Source of the DNA: an uncultured Gammaproteobacteria bacterium | Lineage (GTDB): Bacteria > Patescibacteriota > Patescibacteriia > Patescibacteriales > CAYMCJ01 | Direction: 5' to 3' | Assembly: GCA_964395755.1 (NCBI GenBank) | Contig: CAYNBD010000002.1 | Location: 1 to 35,185 of the forward strand | DNA: 35,185 bases | Part shown: positions 32,288 to 35,185 of the stretch, piece after piece | Numbering within the stretch: position 1 is the stretch's first letter | Layout: each line of letters begins with the position of its first letter | Made by a program: the position numbers and the translations under genes | Notes under the pieces: generated by a model | The model's database searches: none | What the model was told of the DNA's origin: nothing | What the model saw: the letters and a program-made list of their open reading frames with translations, nothing else

Positions 32288-33436
32288 ATGAATATTATTA
32301 AAATCGGCTCAAATATTAAACAAAAACAAGGATTTAATGCTTTTATTCCCCGCCCTTTTCCACCAAAAGGGGGTTTTAATTTTGATCCAAAAATTTTAAA
32401 AAAAGACAATGAAGCCACGCGTTTGCTCGGCAAACTTGACGGTATAACCAAGCTTCTGCCTGACGCTGATTTTTTTCTTTTGATGTACTTGCGAAAAGAC
32501 GCGGCTTCTTCAAGTCAAATTGAAGGAACCAGGGCGACAATGATTGATGCGATTGAAGCCGATGTAAAAATAAAGTCAAATATACCGGAAGATGTTGATG
32601 ATATTTTGCATTATATACAGGCGCTTAATTACGGAATCAAGAGAGTCAAAACGGATAATTTTCCCATGGCGCTTAGATTTATACGAGAACTGCACAAACA
32701 GCTTATGCATAAAGCGCGCGCCACTCATTTTTCTGATCCGGGCGAATTTCGCAAAACACAAAATTGGATTGGCGGCACCAGGCCAGATAATGCCCGGTTT
32801 GTTCCGCCGCCTGTTGATAATATGCAAAGCGCTCTTAACGATCTGGAAAAATTTATTCATTCAAGCGATACTCTGCTAACTATAATCAAAGCCGGGCTTG
32901 TTCACGCCCAATTTGAAACTATTCATCCGTTCTTGGACGGCAATGGCAGAACAGGCAGAATGCTTATCACCTTTTATCTTTGGAAAGAGGGTTATTTGGA
33001 AAAACCGGTTTTATTCTTATCGTCTTTCTTTAAAAAACACCAAAAACTATATTATGAAAAATTATTCGGTTATCATAACGGAAATGTTAATGATTGGATT
33101 GATTTTTTTCTTGAAGGCGTAATCGAAATCGCGAATGAGGCCATTGATATTGTTGATAAAATAACCTCCTTGCGTGATAAAAACACATTAAAAATCCAAA
33201 AACTAGGGAAACGCGCTTCGGAAAGCGCCAGTTTGGTTTTACCCAAACTTTATGGCCAGCCCATAGTAAATATTAATGTCATTCAAAAATGGACAGGATT
33301 TACTCGCGCTGGCGCGCAAACTGTTGTTGATAGATTTATTAAAATGGGCATTTTATCACCCAAGAATAAAGATATAAAATACGGACAATCCTACATATAT
33401 AAAGAATATGTAGAAATTTTTAATAGTAATGAATAA
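32288..33436 (+). CDS. Fic family protein (class II, N-terminal inhibitory helix; probable AMPylase) with a C-terminal wHTH-like region
   Basis: The Fic active-site motif is HPFLDGNGRTGR. The inhibitory (S/T)xxxE(G/N) motif occurs as SSQIEG in the N-terminal region. The roughly 380-aa Fic_N + Fic + DNA-binding-like tail architecture fits. Confidence 0.92.
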   Translation: MNIIKIGSNIKQKQGFNAFIPRPFPPKGGFNFDPKILKKDNEATRLLGKLDGITKLLPDADFFLLMYLRKDAASSSQIEGTRATMIDAIEADVKIKSNIPEDVDDILHYIQALNYGIKRVKTDNFPMALRFIRELHKQLMHKARATHFSDPGEFRKTQNWIGGTRPDNARFVPPPVDNMQSALNDLEKFIHSSDTLLTIIKAGLVHAQFETIHPFLDGNGRTGRMLITFYLWKEGYLEKPVLFLSSFFKKHQKLYYEKLFGYHNGNVNDWIDFFLEGVIEIANEAIDIVDKITSLRDKNTLKIQKLGKRASESASLVLPKLYGQPIVNINVIQKWTGFTRAGAQTVVDRFIKMGILSPKNKDIKYGQSYIYKEYVEIFNSNE

Positions 33437-33437
33437 T

Positions 33438-33467
33438 AAGGAGTTTTAGGTAAAGGGCATTCACCCC
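33438..33467 (+). repeat. 30-bp direct repeat, right copy (aaggagttttaggtaaagggcattcacccc)
   Basis: It starts 1 nt after the Fic stop codon and has one mismatch to 32165..32194. Confidence 0.8.
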
Positions 33468-33523
33468 TTAATTCCCTCTGCTTTTTACCAACCGAAATTG
33501 ACTGATTATTTTTAATTGGACAT

Positions 33524-33550
33524 AATTGGATATAGTTAATATATCCAATT
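33524..33550. repeat. perfect 11-bp inverted repeat AATTGGATATA-gttaa-TATATCCAATT
   Basis: Read directly. It is preceded by a direct taattgga repeat. Confidence 0.6.
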
Positions 33551-33568
33551 AAATTTATAGGAAAAAAC

Positions 33569-33747
33569 GCCCAGCCATAAATGGCAGGGCTAAGATATAA
33601 AGCCCGATAAATCGGGCTGGATTAATAGCAAATATTCCGCTTTAGCGGGATTGAAAAATTTAGCCTAACCATTCATGGTTAGGCGGAGCTGAACGGAAGC
33701 GGAATGGAAAAGCCTGTCGGTCAACAAGGGGTTGTAACCCCTGGTTG
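33569..33747 (+). other. array of five different GC-stem / AT-loop hairpins with roughly 30-nt phasing (possible structured RNA or protein-binding array)
   Basis: H1 GCCCaGCC-ataaat-GGCaGGGC (33569..33590). H2 AGCCCG-ataaat-CGGGCT (33601..33618). H3 ATTCCGC-ttta-GCGGGAT (33634..33651). H4 GCCTAACC-attcat-GGTTAGGC (33663..33684). H5 CAACaAGGGG-ttgtaa-CCCCTgGTTG (33722..33747). Confidence 0.5.
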
Positions 33748-33792
33748 CGTAATTTTACTTGCATAAATAAAATATGTTATAATAGAGATGTT

Positions 33793-35185
33793 ATGCAGAA
33801 AAAAATAACATCTTTTTTTATAGGCTGGTTGTGCCTGGCAATAGCGGGCGGAATTTTTATGACCGGATTGCCTTTGCCGGCCCGAGGTAGCGGTGTGGCC
33901 GTCGGGGTTGATGATAATGATGGTAATAATATCGTTGATCTTGAGACGGCGACGGAATTGTTGGTTAAGTTTAGGAACAGGCAAGACGTCAGTCTTTTTA
34001 AGGTGACAACGCGCACCAAAGAGATGGTGAAGACATTGGCGGAGAATAAGGATAAATTTAACGTCGAATATATTGAACCGAATTATTTTTACCAAGCGGC
34101 GGTTATTCCCAGTGACACCTATTACAGTAACCAGTGGTATTTGGAAAGGATAAGGGCGCCGCAGGCCTGGGATGAAGTTAGGGGCAGTCCCAACATCATT
34201 ATCGCCGTGATAGATTCAGGCATCCAGATTAACCATCCTGATTTAAGCGATAATGTCTGGCACAATGAAGATGAAATCGCCGGTAACGGCATTGACGATG
34301 ACCGGAACGGTTTTATTGATGACGTGGCCGGTTGGGATTTTCTTGATAACGTACCCGACCCCGCGCCTAAATTTGAGGAGGGCTTTACCGAGGCGGGAAT
34401 TTTGCACGGCACGATTGTGGCCGGGATAGCGGCGGCTTCCGGCAACAACGGCGTGGGTATCACCGGTATTACCTGGCGGGCCGACATTATGGCTCTGCGG
34501 GTATTGAATGACGCTGGAGAAGGGAAAACCAGCGAGGTCATTAGGGCGATTGATTATGCCATCGCCAACGGGGCCGATATTTTGAATCTTAGTTTTACCG
34601 GTTTTGGTTATAGTCAGGCCCTGCAGGAAGCCATTGCCAGGGCTTACGATGCCGGTTTGGTGATCGTGGCCGCCGCCGGCAATGAGCAGGCCGAAGGGGC
34701 GGGCTATAGTCTGGATCAGGTTCCCATGTATCCGGCTTGCAACGACGGCAACAACGGTGAAAATATGGTTATCGGCGTCGCTGCCACCGATGCGATTGAC
34801 CAGAAAGCGGCTTTTTCCAGCTATGGCTTCAGCTGCGTTGACATTTCCGCTCCCGGAGTGAGTATTTTCAGCACGGCGGTTTACGCGCCGACTGAAAGTT
34901 ACGAGGGCAAGCCGTTTGACAAATATTATAATGGTTATTGGTCGGGAACTTCCATGGCGGCGCCGATGGTCAGCGGGGCCCTGGCTCTGATTGAAAGCGC
35001 TAACCCGAAATTAAACTACAACCAGGTGGTTGATACTGTGCTGGGGAGCGCTGACAATATCAGCCGTCTTAATCCTTCCTTTTTGGGCCAGTTGGGCAGC
35101 GGCCGGCTTAATTTAGAGCGGGCGGTTGACCAGGCGATTGAATTGTCAACCAACCAGGATATTAAAATACTGACTGCGCCTTACT
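33793..35185 (+). CDS. subtilisin-like S8 serine peptidase, secreted, 3'-truncated by the window end
   Basis: Hand translation from ATG 33793 runs open to the window end: MQKKITSFFIGWLCLAIAGGIF (signal) ... catalytic Asp IIIAVIDSGIQINHPDL, His GILHGTIVAGIAAA, Ser GTSMAAPMVSGALAL. It is absent from the ORF track because no stop is reached. The minus-strand track ORFs here are shadows. Confidence 0.9.
   Translation, partial: MQKKITSFFIGWLCLAIAGGIFMTGLPLPARGSGVAVGVDDNDGNNIVDLETATELLVKFRNRQDVSLFKVTTRTKEMVKTLAENKDKFNVEYIEPNYFYQAAVIPSDTYYSNQWYLERIRAPQAWDEVRGSPNIIIAVIDSGIQINHPDLSDNVWHNEDEIAGNGIDDDRNGFIDDVAGWDFLDNVPDPAPKFEEGFTEAGILHGTIVAGIAAASGNNGVGITGITWRADIMALRVLNDAGEGKTSEVIRAIDYAIANGADILNLSFTGFGYSQALQEAIARAYDAGLVIVAAAGNEQAEGAGYSLDQVPMYPACNDGNNGENMVIGVAATDAIDQKAAFSSYGFSCVDISAPGVSIFSTAVYAPTESYEGKPFDKYYNGYWSGTSMAAPMVSGALALIESANPKLNYNQVVDTVLGSADNISRLNPSFLGQLGSGRLNLERAVDQAIELSTNQDIKILTAPY

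Noticed and set aside
33569-33747. The hairpin array as a tRNA, tmRNA, RNase P RNA, SRP RNA or 6S RNA.
   Set aside because: I found no canonical T-loop (GTTCRAnnC), no GGAAAGTCCGG-type RNase P box and no SRP GGAAGCAGCC-type motif. There is no tmRNA tag-ORF or tRNA-like ends. The multi-hairpin layout also does not fit 6S. It is kept only as an unexplained structure.
33721-34541. Minus-strand ORFs of 124, 80 and 139 aa listed in the ORF track.
   Set aside because: The plus strand encodes a subtilisin-like S8 peptidase with an intact Asp/His/Ser triad, open from 33793 to the window end. The minus-strand ORFs are its shadows.

Overview
The window reads as a chromosomal segment of a small-genome bacterium. 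It is most plausibly a Candidate Phyla Radiation / Patescibacteria (Parcubacteria-like) organism. This is an inference from a DUF4012 protein, a RayT-like Y1 transposase, a giant beta-helix surface protein, a stand-alone rpoB-rpoC pair with its own promoter, and AT-rich spacers built from reiterated short words. The genetic code looks standard: long conserved ORFs are uninterrupted and TGA terminates 31017..31466. Gene order is as follows. (1) tRNA-Arg(CCG). (2) A Bro-N/DinD-like gene sitting between a truncated and a full copy of the same signal-anchor 5' gene end. (3) A 1175-aa beta-helix surface protein and a membrane-anchored S24/S26 peptidase. (4) A consensus promoter with a long structured leader, then rpoB (carrying a roughly 80-aa lineage insertion) and rpoC. 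(5) A minus-strand block of NUDIX hydrolase, RayT-type transposase and GNAT acetyltransferase. (6) Two hypothetical proteins. (7) RmlC-like cupin, HIT protein and RfbB. (8) A MacAB-type efflux operon: HlyD adaptor, ABC ATPase and two FtsX permeases. (9) DUF4012 protein, MreB and a GT4 glycosyltransferase. (10) An AT-rich accessory islet with a lipoprotein, a translationally coupled Rx4H (HEPN-like) helical protein and a class-II Fic enzyme. (11) A phased array of distinct hairpins. (12) A 3'-truncated subtilisin-like S8 peptidase that is missing from the ORF track. The most interesting items are four. First, GTAG-prefixed REP-like palindromes are embedded in frame inside the RayT gene itself, with one more in a neighbouring CDS. 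Second, the lipoprotein / Rx4H / Fic islet has 30-bp direct repeats bracketing the Fic cassette and triple-repeat operator architectures at both of its promoters. Third, the Bro-N cassette is flanked by a duplicated gene 5' end next to a tRNA. Fourth, dispersed families of word-built hairpins fill the intergenic spacers. No CRISPR array, rRNA or integrase gene is visible.
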